From: Candidatus Latescibacterota bacterium
GTDB lineage: Bacteria; Latescibacterota; UBA2968; UBA8231
Reading direction: 5' to 3'
Assembly (NCBI GenBank): GCA_965217585.1
Contig: OZ244561.1
Location: 6,464,001-6,528,000 of the forward strand
DNA: 64,000 nucleotides
The notes beneath the pieces were generated by a model. The model was not told the origin of the DNA. It saw only the letters and a program-made list of their open reading frames with translations, and did no database searches. Numbering within the stretch: position 1 is the first letter of the stretch; each line of letters begins with the position of its first letter. Positions 38,385-48,085 of the stretch are shown in pieces. The translations under genes were made by a program, and so were the position numbers.

Positions 38385-40265
38385 TTAGCTTAGCACTTGG
38401 TGAATTTTGTCGGCCACTTCCCGAATTTGGAAGGGGCTGCCCTGGACCTTGTTCAGCTTGACAACGCGCACGGGGAAGTGCGCTTGGAGCAACAGGACCA
38501 ATTGGCCGAGGTTTAGCTCGGGTACCAACACTTGCTTGTAGCGGCCGAGCAGGTTGCCGAGGTTGCGAGGAAACGGGTTCAAGTAACGCAGATGTGCGTA
38601 GGCCACGTCGAGGCCCTCTCCCCGCACTTGCTCAACCGCTGCGCGAATGGCACCATAGGTCCCCCCCCAGCCCAAGACCAGCAGATCCCCTTGGTCGGGA
38701 CCGGTCACTTCCAACTCGGGAATGAAATCGGCAATGCCGCGGATTTTGTCGGCCCGGACGTGGACGATGCGCTCGTGGTCTTCGGGCGCATAGGAGACAT
38801 TGCCCGTCACATCCTGCTTGCCCAAGCCGCCAATCCGGTGCTCCATCCCTGGCGTCCCCGGCAAGACCCAGGGCCTAGCCAAGGTCTGCGGGTCGCGCAT
38901 GTAAGGTTGGTAGTCATCGGGATCGGTGTACGGCTCGGCATCAATGGCCGCGATAGAATCCGGGTCTGGTATTTTCCACGGCTCGGAGTTGTTGGCCACG
39001 TACCCGTCGGACAGGAGAAAAACCGGCGTCATATAGCGCACGGCAATGCGGAATGCCTCGATGACCATGTCGAAGCATTCGCTTGGGGTCGCCGGAGCAA
39101 TGACCGGGATCGGGCTTTCGCCGTTGCGTCCGTAGAGCACCTCCAGCAAATCAGCCTGCTCGGTCTTGGTGGGCAAGCCCGTGCTAGGACCGCCGCGCTG
39201 GACGTCAATGACCACTAGCGGTAACTCCATAACTACGGCCAAGTTGATCCCCTCGCTCTTGAGCGCGATGCCCGGGCCGCTGCTGGCGGTAGCCGCGAGG
39301 CTACCGGCAAAGGCCGCACCAATCACCGACCCCATGGCTGCGATCTCGTCCTCGGCCTGGAACGTCCGCACGTCGAAGTTCTTCAGCGCCGCCAAGCCCT
39401 CTAGGATGGTGCTGGCCGGCGTGATGGGATACGAACCATAAAAGAATGGTTTGCCAGCCTTTTGCGCAGCCGTGACCAGCCCCAAGACAATCGCCTCATT
39501 GCCAGTGATCCGCTTGTACACCCCCGGTTCGACAATCTGCCGCTTCGGCACCGAGATCTGCGTCTGAAAGGTCTCGGCCGTTTCGCCGTAGTAGTAGCCA
39601 GCTTTCAAGGCCCTCGTATTGGCCTCAACTACCTGGGGCCGGCCGGCGAACTTGGTCTCGTAAAACTTGAGCGTGTAGTCGAGCGGGCGGTCGAACATCC
39701 AGAACACCAAGCCCAAGACAAAGGCATTCTTGCACATGTCCTTTGCTTGGTTGCTCATGCCCTCGATGTCGGCGAGGGCATTGCGGGTCAGGGTGGTCAA
39801 GGGGACCGGATGCACGTCGTAGCCGCTGAGGCTGCCGTCTTCGAGTGGGTTTTTCTCGTACCCAGCCTTGCGGAGGCCATTGCGGTTGAACGGATCCGTA
39901 TTGACGATGATGGTCCCGCCCGGCTCGAGATCGGGCAGATTGGCTTTGAGCGCGGCCGGGTTCATCGCCACCAACACTTGGGGCGAGTCACCCGCCGTAT
40001 AGAGATCGTTGGCGGCAAAGTTGACCTGATAGCCACTCAGCCCGGGAATGGTCCCGGCCGGGGCGCGGATTTCGGCGGGAATGTCGGGAAAGGTACTGAC
40101 GTCGTTGCCCACCACGGCCGAAGTATTGGTAAACTGCCCGCCGGTTAGCTGCATCCCATCGCCCGAATCGCCGGAAAATGAGATGACTACAGATTGGCGT
40201 TCTTCTTGCGAGTACTCTCGCTTGCCCGTAGGTGCCGCTGGGGCCACGATTTCGGCCATGCACAC
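38385..40265 (-). CDS. korA: 2-oxoacid:ferredoxin oxidoreductase alpha (gamma-alpha fused) subunit
   Basis: GDSGDGMQLTG, YPITPAS, QAEDEIAA, QRGGPSTGLPTK; start 40265 or 40259. Confidence 0.95.
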   Translation of the reverse strand: MCMAEIVAPAAPTGKREYSQEERQSVVISFSGDSGDGMQLTGGQFTNTSAVVGNDVSTFPDIPAEIRAPAGTIPGLSGYQVNFAANDLYTAGDSPQVLVAMNPAALKANLPDLEPGGTIIVNTDPFNRNGLRKAGYEKNPLEDGSLSGYDVHPVPLTTLTRNALADIEGMSNQAKDMCKNAFVLGLVFWMFDRPLDYTLKFYETKFAGRPQVVEANTRALKAGYYYGETAETFQTQISVPKRQIVEPGVYKRITGNEAIVLGLVTAAQKAGKPFFYGSYPITPASTILEGLAALKNFDVRTFQAEDEIAAMGSVIGAAFAGSLAATASSGPGIALKSEGINLAVVMELPLVVIDVQRGGPSTGLPTKTEQADLLEVLYGRNGESPIPVIAPATPSECFDMVIEAFRIAVRYMTPVFLLSDGYVANNSEPWKIPDPDSIAAIDAEPYTDPDDYQPYMRDPQTLARPWVLPGTPGMEHRIGGLGKQDVTGNVSYAPEDHERIVHVRADKIRGIADFIPELEVTGPDQGDLLVLGWGGTYGAIRAAVEQVRGEGLDVAYAHLRYLNPFPRNLGNLLGRYKQVLVPELNLGQLVLLLQAHFPVRVVKLNKVQGSPFQIREVADKIHQVLS

Positions 40266-40307
40266 GACCTCCTTAAAAAGAAAAAATCTTCGCTCCGCAG
40301 CGCATGC

Positions 40308-40775
40308 TCAAGCTCCCTCTTTGGTGCGGGCTATGCGCTCGGGGTCAGGCGGCAGGTTGTAGATGTCTTCGGGAAACTGATCCGTGAGAAAGCGGATGAC
40401 CTCGTGTTGGGGCAAATTCCCCTTTATGTGGCCGTTTTCATCTACAATCGGCACGTTGCGGTAGTCGCCAGCATTCATCAGCCGCAGTGCGCTGCTAATC
40501 GGCTGCTGGGCATCCAAGCTATGAGGGTCGCGGGTCATCAACTCGGCCACCGGCCGCGTCCAAGTCGCCGGCTGGTCGGCCACCTTGGTGAGCGCATCGC
40601 GCTCGGTAAAGATCCCCACCAAGCGGCCATCCTCTTCCACCAGCATGGCGCTGACGTGTTGGTGGCGCATTTTCTTGAGTACTTCAAGGACCGACTCCTG
40701 CGGCTCGCACACAGCGTACCCGTCTAGGTCCAAATGGCCGATGACCTCTTCTTGTAACTTCTGCACGACCGTCAT
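40308..40775 (-). CDS. CBS-pair protein
   Basis: Likely start ATG 40775; LVGIFTERD, LMTRDP, YRNVPIVD. Confidence 0.88.
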   Translation of the reverse strand: MTVVQKLQEEVIGHLDLDGYAVCEPQESVLEVLKKMRHQHVSAMLVEEDGRLVGIFTERDALTKVADQPATWTRPVAELMTRDPHSLDAQQPISSALRLMNAGDYRNVPIVDENGHIKGNLPQHEVIRFLTDQFPEDIYNLPPDPERIARTKEGA

Positions 40776-40905
40776 TAGAAAGCCCCTTTCTCGGGGCTTG
40801 GATACCGCATTATTCACCTCGTTTACTTGAGCATCTATATCCAAGTTAAGATAGATAGGAGCGATGCATCTCGCAAGGTGCTATGTTACAACGACGTTGC
40901 GACTT

Positions 40906-43035
40906 TTAGCCCGCTAAATCCACCACCCAATCCGCAGCCGCCCTCACCGTTGGATGCTGGTCGGCGACGACGACTGTGGCCCCCCGATCCACCAGCCCCC
41001 GCAAGGCCGCAACCATCAAGCGCACATCTTCCAGATGATCGCCGCTGGTCGGATCGTCAATCAGCACCCAAGTGCGCTGGGAGGCTCGCGTCGATTCGAG
41101 CGCCAGCCGCAGCCGCAACCACTCCCCTCGCTCCAGCCCCTGCACCTCCTGCCCCAGAAGCAGGTAGCCGAGGCCACACTCCACGGCCGCCTCTAGGCGC
41201 GGGCGAATTGGGGCGTGCCGGGCAAAGTGGATACGAGCCTGTTCCAAGGTCATGCCCAACACATCGGCAATGCTCGCGCCACGCAGGGTCACCTCGCAGA
41301 TTTCGTCTCGGTATCGGCGGCCCTCGCAAGCGGCGCACACGAGCGCTATATCCTCTAGAAACTCCAAATCGAAGTAGCATTGGCCGCGGCCTTCACAGCT
41401 CGGACAACGCCCCCCTGGCCGATCCAACAAGAAGGCATCGCGGGCCCAGCCGCGGGCCGTTGCAGCCGGCGATGCGGCGTACAGATCGGCGATGCGCTCG
41501 AAAAGGCCTAGCCCCTCCAAAAGCGTGGCCTTGCCGCTCGGGGCTTCCACCGTTGTGACTCGGCTGTTGCGCGGCGCACCCGCGGCGACGTACTCGACGG
41601 GCCGCCCCTTGAGCAGTGGCAGCAAGACCTCGTGCAACAGCCGGGTTTTGCCGCTGCCGGAAGGCCCGCATACGCAGGTCAGCACTCCGTGCGGCAGCTC
41701 GATAGCAAGCGGCCCGACCACACCGCTCCCGCGAAGGACCAATGCCAGCTTAGCTTGCTCGGCGACCCGCCTTCCATCCACTCCATCTAGCTCTAACTCA
41801 GTCGCCTCCCCCATCCGCGCTCGCCCCTCTGCAAATGCCCAGACCTCGTCCGCGCTCGCTACGAGTTCAGGCGTGTGATCCAACAATAGCGCGGTATTGC
41901 CGCCAGCGACCAGTCGGCGAAGACCCGCCGCAACCGCGTTCAGTATTCCCCCTGACAATTGGCTGCCCAAACCCTCCAAAATGTAGAGGATGCCCGTCAG
42001 GCCGCTGCTGAGACAGGACGCCAATTGCAGGCGCTGCCACTCGCCAGCCGCCAGCGATTCGAGCCGGCGGCTCAACGGCAGGTGCTCCAGCCCCAAACCG
42101 CAGGCCTCGGTGAGCGCACCCTCTACCTTGGCGCACCCCTGGCCCATTTTGCCAGCAGCGGCCAGCCAATCGCGCAACGAGCCGAGGGGGGCCTCCATCA
42201 GCTCGTGCATGGTGCGGCCATGCAGGGTCACCTGGCCAGCCAAGGGCTGGCCCGCGCCGAAGTCGGCTGCGGCCAGCGGCTCGTACTGGCGACCGCACTC
42301 GCCACAGGTCGGCTGCTGGTTTAATTGCATCATCTCGCTGGCCCCATCCACCAAAACCACCGTCCGCCCCGATGAAATAGAGCGGCTCACGCGCACTGCT
42401 TCCAAAAATCGCACGCTAGCGTTCGGGTCTGGCACCAAGCGGTCCACCACGATGTGTACCTCGTGTTCGCCGCTCGGCAACGCTGGCCCGTCGCCTTCCA
42501 ACCGCTGGATCTGGCCGTCGATTGCGACCCGGGTAAACCCGGCCTGCACAAGTTGTTGCCACATCCCTGCGTTCCGCAGGGTCAAAGGGGCCAATACCAA
42601 ACAGCGAGTGCCTGGATGAACGCGGGCAATCTCTCGCTCTACCTCATCGGCCGCATAGCGGCGGCAGCGGCCACCGCATTCGAGGCAGTGCATCTGTCCG
42701 TCTTCCAATATGATCTGCGCCAAAATCCCGTCTAGCTGCAAGTAGTCCCCGACCGTGCGCCCGCGGCGCGGTGCCCCCAAGTAAATGGCCGGCGGCAAGC
42801 CCGAGACCTCGTCCACATCGGCGCGCGCCGTCCCGCTGACGCCCTCGCGTTCGGCCGGAGACAGGGCCTGCATGTAGCGCCGGCGGCTCTCCGCGTAGAG
42901 GATGTCTAAAGCCATGGCGCGGCGGCCGCTGCTACTGCGGCCGGTAAAGCAAATAACCCGGCCCAGCGGCAAATCCATATCGACATTGGCGAGACCGCCC
43001 GCCCGGGCGCCGCGTACACAGAGGGTCGCTTTCAA
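40906..43035 (-). CDS. Divergent, shortened UvrA-like protein with degenerate ABC-ATPase motifs
   Basis: UvrA-like VRGAR..NVDMDLP, ILYAESRRRYMQALS, GGRCPSCEGRG..CAACEGRRY, ADWVVDL; 709 aa. Confidence 0.8.
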   Translation of the reverse strand: MKATLCVRGARAGGLANVDMDLPLGRVICFTGRSSSGRRAMALDILYAESRRRYMQALSPAEREGVSGTARADVDEVSGLPPAIYLGAPRRGRTVGDYLQLDGILAQIILEDGQMHCLECGGRCRRYAADEVEREIARVHPGTRCLVLAPLTLRNAGMWQQLVQAGFTRVAIDGQIQRLEGDGPALPSGEHEVHIVVDRLVPDPNASVRFLEAVRVSRSISSGRTVVLVDGASEMMQLNQQPTCGECGRQYEPLAAADFGAGQPLAGQVTLHGRTMHELMEAPLGSLRDWLAAAGKMGQGCAKVEGALTEACGLGLEHLPLSRRLESLAAGEWQRLQLASCLSSGLTGILYILEGLGSQLSGGILNAVAAGLRRLVAGGNTALLLDHTPELVASADEVWAFAEGRARMGEATELELDGVDGRRVAEQAKLALVLRGSGVVGPLAIELPHGVLTCVCGPSGSGKTRLLHEVLLPLLKGRPVEYVAAGAPRNSRVTTVEAPSGKATLLEGLGLFERIADLYAASPAATARGWARDAFLLDRPGGRCPSCEGRGQCYFDLEFLEDIALVCAACEGRRYRDEICEVTLRGASIADVLGMTLEQARIHFARHAPIRPRLEAAVECGLGYLLLGQEVQGLERGEWLRLRLALESTRASQRTWVLIDDPTSGDHLEDVRLMVAALRGLVDRGATVVVADQHPTVRAAADWVVDLAG

Positions 43036-44972
43036 GGATGGGCCTGCGTCATGGAATCGATTTTCGCCTGCAAGCGCGCGTCAGCGGGATTTCGCGTGCG
43101 CAAAAACGCCCAGTGGGCTTCTGCTGCGCGGGGACGCCCCAAGCGCAACAGTACTTCCCCGCGCCGGTAGTGCGCTTGGACGTGGTTGGGGTCCAGTTTG
43201 AGTGCCCGAGCAAAGGCATCCACCGCGGCTTGGTCATCCCTCTGCTTAGCATACACCAAGCCGAGATTGAAATGCGCTCGGGCATAGCCGGCGTCGAGCG
43301 CGAGGGCCTTGTGGAAGTGCGCGGCGGCCTCGCTCCATTGACCGAGGCGATAATAGCACAGACCGAGGTTGTTGTATAGGCCGGGCGCGGGCCGGGCGCG
43401 GCTAAAGGCCGCAATCGCCGCCTCGTATTCCCCCGCGCCGAAGAGCTCTAACCCGCGCCTAATATCCGGGTCGCCGCCTTCTTGCTGCGCCAACACGGCT
43501 GTTAGGCCAGCGGCGGCGGGCGCAAAGGACGGGTCGATGCGCAGAACCTCGCGGAACATGTTCTCGGCCGCCGCCCAATCCCCTCGGCGTTGGTACAAAG
43601 CGCCGAAATTGTAGTAATCGACCCGTTTGCGGGTCAGCCGCTCAGCCCCGGCATCCCGGTAGTTGATCGGCAGCGCGACTAGGGCCACCAAGAGGCACGA
43701 CCCTAACAGCCGGCGATGCGCACCGCCCACCACCCAAACCGCGGCGTTGGCAATCCAGCAAGCGGCGTAGAGCAGAATCACCGGCACGACGGGCAGACGA
43801 TATTCCGAAGACGTAAAAAACAGCAGACAAGCGGCCAGATAGGTCGCCAAGTACAGGTCGAGGAGGGACGAGCGGCGACTAGTAGCCCAGCCCACGACCG
43901 CCAGCGGGGCTACCAGCCCCCACCCCAAAACGCACCAGCGCAACAGGGGCACAAAGTCCCGCGCCAAGTACAGACTCAGGTTGTTTTGCGCCTCGACCCC
44001 GTTCCAGAACATGTAAAGTTTGCGGCCTTGTAGCGACAGATACGCGAGGGGATTTTCCACGGCAAAGCGCAAGCCGGCCATAAGCCAAAATCTAGAGGCT
44101 TGAGCCGGGGTCAGTTCCCGGCCCGTGCGCGCCTCGGCCTCGCGGATAAACGCCTCGCGCTCCAAGTCCGGCTCGGCGCTGGGCAGGAAATCGACCTGCG
44201 CGTAGATGCCGTTGGCTTCGGGGTGGTTGCCCACGTAGAAGTTCATCCCGGCTGAGGACGTGGTCAGCAGCCACTCCCCTCCGACGAGATAGTTGCGGCA
44301 AGCCACCGCGCCCACTACGAGGCCGCAGCCCACGACCACCACCACCCACTGCCGCCAATCGCGCCGCCCCCACTGCGCGACAAACCAGCCCGCGACCACC
44401 GCGACAAACAGCAAGACCATGGGCCGCGCCGTAGCCGAAAGCCCCAACAGCAGACCCGCGGCCAACAGCCAACGCGCCGAGCCTTGCGCGTGCGCTAAGC
44501 AATACAAGGCCGCGAGATTCAAAAAGGTGATCGGCGTGGCGGTCAGCAGCGCCCCGTCGTAGAACACATACGGCTGGTAGATCGCCGCCATGCCCGCGGC
44601 TAACAACCCAATTTGCGCGCTCCACAGTTTCCGGCCCAGCGCGTAGATCAAATAGCAACCACCCGTTCCCAGCGCCGCCTGCACCAAGCCAACCCACCAA
44701 TATTCAGCGCCCAACAGCGCGTAAATGGTGGCCAAGAAGTAGGAGTAAAACGGATTCATAAAGAAAGGCTGGTCGCCCAGCCAATCGCCCGCGATAATGG
44801 CCCGGGCGCGGCGGTCGTAGAACTCGGAGTCGATCAGGAGGACGTCGAAGAGCGGCGTATCAACCGCTTGGTAGAGATAGGCTAGGCGCACGCCGAGGGC
44901 GGCGATTAGGATCGCCCAGAGGATGGCTTCCTCTCGCCTCAGCCGCGCCGCGCCGATACCTATGGTCTGCAT
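43032..44972 (-). CDS. GT-C (ArnT/PMT, GT39-like) glycosyltransferase with C-terminal TPR repeats
   Basis: DSEFYDRRA, PFYSYFLA, NFYVGN, YRLPVVP; TPRs YNNLG, HFNLG. Confidence 0.85.
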   Translation of the reverse strand: MQTIGIGAARLRREEAILWAILIAALGVRLAYLYQAVDTPLFDVLLIDSEFYDRRARAIIAGDWLGDQPFFMNPFYSYFLATIYALLGAEYWWVGLVQAALGTGGCYLIYALGRKLWSAQIGLLAAGMAAIYQPYVFYDGALLTATPITFLNLAALYCLAHAQGSARWLLAAGLLLGLSATARPMVLLFVAVVAGWFVAQWGRRDWRQWVVVVVGCGLVVGAVACRNYLVGGEWLLTTSSAGMNFYVGNHPEANGIYAQVDFLPSAEPDLEREAFIREAEARTGRELTPAQASRFWLMAGLRFAVENPLAYLSLQGRKLYMFWNGVEAQNNLSLYLARDFVPLLRWCVLGWGLVAPLAVVGWATSRRSSLLDLYLATYLAACLLFFTSSEYRLPVVPVILLYAACWIANAAVWVVGGAHRRLLGSCLLVALVALPINYRDAGAERLTRKRVDYYNFGALYQRRGDWAAAENMFREVLRIDPSFAPAAAGLTAVLAQQEGGDPDIRRGLELFGAGEYEAAIAAFSRARPAPGLYNNLGLCYYRLGQWSEAAAHFHKALALDAGYARAHFNLGLVYAKQRDDQAAVDAFARALKLDPNHVQAHYRRGEVLLRLGRPRAAEAHWAFLRTRNPADARLQAKIDSMTQAHP

Positions 44973-45088
44973 ACTATCAATATAGCCGGAATTCCCGGCG
45001 CTGGCATGGCTCCTGCTCCCTTGACTTGGCTACTGCGCCGTCTCAAGCTATGGCCCTGCTCAAACCGCAAACAAAAGGCCCTGTTTAC

Positions 45089-47548
45089 ATGCGATTGTCT
45101 TGGAACGAAATCGGCGCCCGCGCCGCCCGATTTGCTCAAGAATGGCAGGACGCAGGCTACGAGAAGGGGCAGACCCAACTTTTCTACCGCGACTTTTTCG
45201 ACATCTTCGGCGTGCCTGTGCGCCGAGTGGCCGCGTTTGAGCAACCCGTTAAGCTGCTCGGCGCTAAGCGCGGCTTTATCGACCTGTTTTGGAAAGGCGT
45301 GCTGCTCGTCGAGCAGAAAAGTGTCGGCCGCGATCTCACCAAGGCCAAGACCCAAGCCCTCTCTTACTTCCCCGGTCTCAAGGACGCCGACCTGCCGCGC
45401 TACATCCTGCTGAGCGACTTTGAGACGTTTGAGCTATACGACCTCGACGAAGACGAAAGCGTCGCCTTTGCCCTCGCCGACTTACCCCAACACGTCGAAA
45501 AGTTCGGCTTCATCTTGGGCGTGCAGAAGTGGACCTTCCGCGACCCGTTGCTCATTCCGTCGTTCGATTCCGCGATGCGCCAGCGGCTCATCGACGCTTG
45601 CCATTTCAATTGGTCCGACATCTCTCCGGCGATCTTTGGCTCGCTCTTTCAGTCGGTGATGGACAAGAACGAGCGCCGTGCTCAGGGGGCGCACTACACC
45701 ACCGAACAAAACATCCTCAAGGTTATTGAGCCGCTGTTTCTCGATAAGCTGCGTGTGGAGTTCCGCCGCCTCCAGTCGCGCCGAGACAATCGCCGCATTC
45801 CCGAACTCATTGCCTTTCAGCGGCGGCTTGGCCAGTTGCGCTTTTTTGATCCGGCCTGTGGCTGCGGCAACTTCCTCATCATCGCCTACCGCGAGTTGCG
45901 GGCGCTGGAAATCGAGGTACTCAAAGAGATTCGTCCACACGGCCAGCTCGACGTTTTAGCCGAGCTGCTTTCGGTCGTCGATGTGGATCAGTTCTACGGT
46001 ATTGAGTTGGGCGAGTTTCCAGCGCACATCGCCGAGGTAGCCTTGTGGATGATGGACCACATTATGAACAACCGGCTGAGCTTGGAGTTCGGCCAGACGT
46101 ACACGCGCATTCCGCTGGAGAAGTCGCCGCACATCCGGCATGGCGATGCGCTGAAGACGGACTGGAGCGAACTGCTGCCGCCGGAGGAATGTTCCTACGT
46201 GCTCGGCAATCCGCCGTTTGTGGGCGCGAAGTTCCAATCGCCCGAACAGCGCGCACAGGTGCGCCGCATCGCCGCGCTGGGCAAAAGCGGCGGCACGCTC
46301 GATTACGTCACCGCTTGGTTTATCAAGGCGGGCGAATACGTGCAGCAGAGCGCGGCGCGGATCGGCTTTGTGGCGACCAATTCCATCACACAGGGCGAAC
46401 AAGTAGCACAGCTTTGGCCGATTTTGTTCGACCGCTGCAAGCTGGACATCGCCTTTGCGCATCGCACCTTTGCCTGGGGATCGGACGCTCGCGGCATGGC
46501 GCACGTTCACGTCGTCATTATCGGGCTGGCCAAACGAGGCGAGGCACCGAGGGAGAAACGGCTGTTTTCCTACGACGCAGCACCCAAGGGCGAGCTACAC
46601 GGAAGCCAACATGCGGCCCTCTCGCCTTACCTGTTCGACGCCAGCGGGCTGGCCGATTCGCGGGTTGTGGTAAAATCGGAACACCGGCCGATTAACGGAT
46701 TCCGGCGGCTAAAGACCGGCGTTCAGATGATCGACAACGGGATTCTGACCTTCAGTAAGGAGGAAAAAGAAGCGTTTCTCGCGTCTGAACCAACGGCATC
46801 CAAATTCTTCCGTCGCTATATAGGCGGCGACGAGTTCATTAACGGCTTTTATCGCTGGATCCTTTACCTGCGAGAAGCTACCCCAACAGAACTGAGGCAA
46901 CTGCCGATGGTCGCCAAGAGGATTGCGGAGGTTCGCGCGTACCGAGCAGCGAGTAAGCGTGTGAGTACGCAGAAAATGGCTGACTATCCAACTTTGGTCG
47001 GTGTTGATGAGCGGCTAAACGCGGATTACTTGGTCATTCCCAATACCAGTTCGGAACGCCGCACTTATATCCCTATCGGCTGGCTCGGCACCGATGTCAT
47101 TGCAAACCAAAAGCTGCGTATTCTTCCAGAGGCAACTCTTTGTGATTTTGCCTTGCTCACCTCCACCATGCACATGGCTTGGATGCGGGCGGTCACAGGG
47201 CGTCTAGAGAGCCGTTATATGTACTCCGTAGGCGTAGTGTACAACACCTTCCCCCTACCTCCCGGCCCCGCAGAACGCCTACAACGCCTTGCGCCCCACG
47301 CCGACGCCGTCCTCGCCGCCCGCGCCAACCATCCCGACGCAACGCTGGCCGACCTCTACGACCCCGACCTCATGCCCGCCGACCTTCGCAAAGCACACCA
47401 AGCCCTCGACCGCGCCGTCGATAGACTCTACCGCCGCAGCGGCTTCACCTCCGACCGCGAGCGCGTCGAACATCTATTTGGACTGTACGAAAAAATGCTA
47501 GTGCCGCTGACGGCCAAGGCCAAGCCGAAGCGGCGACGGAGGGCGTAG
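45089..47548 (+). CDS. MmeI-like Type IIL restriction-modification enzyme with apparent in-frame internal deletion
   Basis: MRLSWNEI start; IDLFWKGVLLVEQK nuclease motif; GAHYT, DPACGCGNF, GNPPF; ADLYDP..AHQALDRAVD C-terminus. Confidence 0.9.
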   Translation: MRLSWNEIGARAARFAQEWQDAGYEKGQTQLFYRDFFDIFGVPVRRVAAFEQPVKLLGAKRGFIDLFWKGVLLVEQKSVGRDLTKAKTQALSYFPGLKDADLPRYILLSDFETFELYDLDEDESVAFALADLPQHVEKFGFILGVQKWTFRDPLLIPSFDSAMRQRLIDACHFNWSDISPAIFGSLFQSVMDKNERRAQGAHYTTEQNILKVIEPLFLDKLRVEFRRLQSRRDNRRIPELIAFQRRLGQLRFFDPACGCGNFLIIAYRELRALEIEVLKEIRPHGQLDVLAELLSVVDVDQFYGIELGEFPAHIAEVALWMMDHIMNNRLSLEFGQTYTRIPLEKSPHIRHGDALKTDWSELLPPEECSYVLGNPPFVGAKFQSPEQRAQVRRIAALGKSGGTLDYVTAWFIKAGEYVQQSAARIGFVATNSITQGEQVAQLWPILFDRCKLDIAFAHRTFAWGSDARGMAHVHVVIIGLAKRGEAPREKRLFSYDAAPKGELHGSQHAALSPYLFDASGLADSRVVVKSEHRPINGFRRLKTGVQMIDNGILTFSKEEKEAFLASEPTASKFFRRYIGGDEFINGFYRWILYLREATPTELRQLPMVAKRIAEVRAYRAASKRVSTQKMADYPTLVGVDERLNADYLVIPNTSSERRTYIPIGWLGTDVIANQKLRILPEATLCDFALLTSTMHMAWMRAVTGRLESRYMYSVGVVYNTFPLPPGPAERLQRLAPHADAVLAARANHPDATLADLYDPDLMPADLRKAHQALDRAVDRLYRRSGFTSDRERVEHLFGLYEKMLVPLTAKAKPKRRRRA

Positions 47549-47576
47549 GGGAAAGGCTAGTGCCGAAGGTGATTTT

Positions 47577-47759
47577 TTAAGAGGTTATTCCCAGTTGTTG
47601 TTTGATCAATTTACACAAACTTTCCTTAATCTCTCGATGTCTTGGTACTGGAGCCTGCTTACCATTTTGAATATTGGCATAAATATCATGCCTGCTGCCA
47701 TGCCTTTTCAAGTAGCACCCTTCATCGGTCAGGTGTCTGATGAAGTCCCTCCGCTTCAA
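47577..47759 (-). CDS. hicA: HicA toxin
   Basis: 60 aa; RHGSRHDIY, VPRHREI; low GC. Confidence 0.9.
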   Translation of the reverse strand: MKRRDFIRHLTDEGCYLKRHGSRHDIYANIQNGKQAPVPRHREIKESLCKLIKQQLGITS

Positions 47760-47965
47760 GGTACTTCCATATTTATATCGATTGAACTGTATTCTTCTAC
47801 AGGTACCGGCATAGCCTCTTGTGCCATGAGCTGGTAGGCGTCTTTGATATTCACTTTCAACTCTTCTAAACTTTCCCCTTGGCTGAACACTCCAGGAACT
47901 TCACGGAGTTTCCCAATGTACCAACCATCATCTACCCAAAAATCCAAGGTAAAACTTCTGAACAT
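47756..47965 (-). CDS. hicB: HicB antitoxin (short form)
   Basis: EVPGVFSQGESLEELKVNIKDA; 4-bp overlap with hicA. Confidence 0.9.
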   Translation of the reverse strand: MFRSFTLDFWVDDGWYIGKLREVPGVFSQGESLEELKVNIKDAYQLMAQEAMPVPVEEYSSIDINMEVP

Positions 47966-48085
47966 ATCCCTGTCCTCTCTTACGATGCACTTACAAATTC
48001 TATAAACGTGAAGGCGATCACTCTCAGATGTTCAAATAAGTTAAGAGAGATGTCAAGCTACAACCTCCTCAGTTGCAACGCGGAG

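Noticed and set aside
45044-48060. tcaagcta present near both ends of the R-M/hicBA islet as a target duplication
   Set aside because: Only 8 bp, and the right copy overlaps a TTGACA promoter-like box; insufficient
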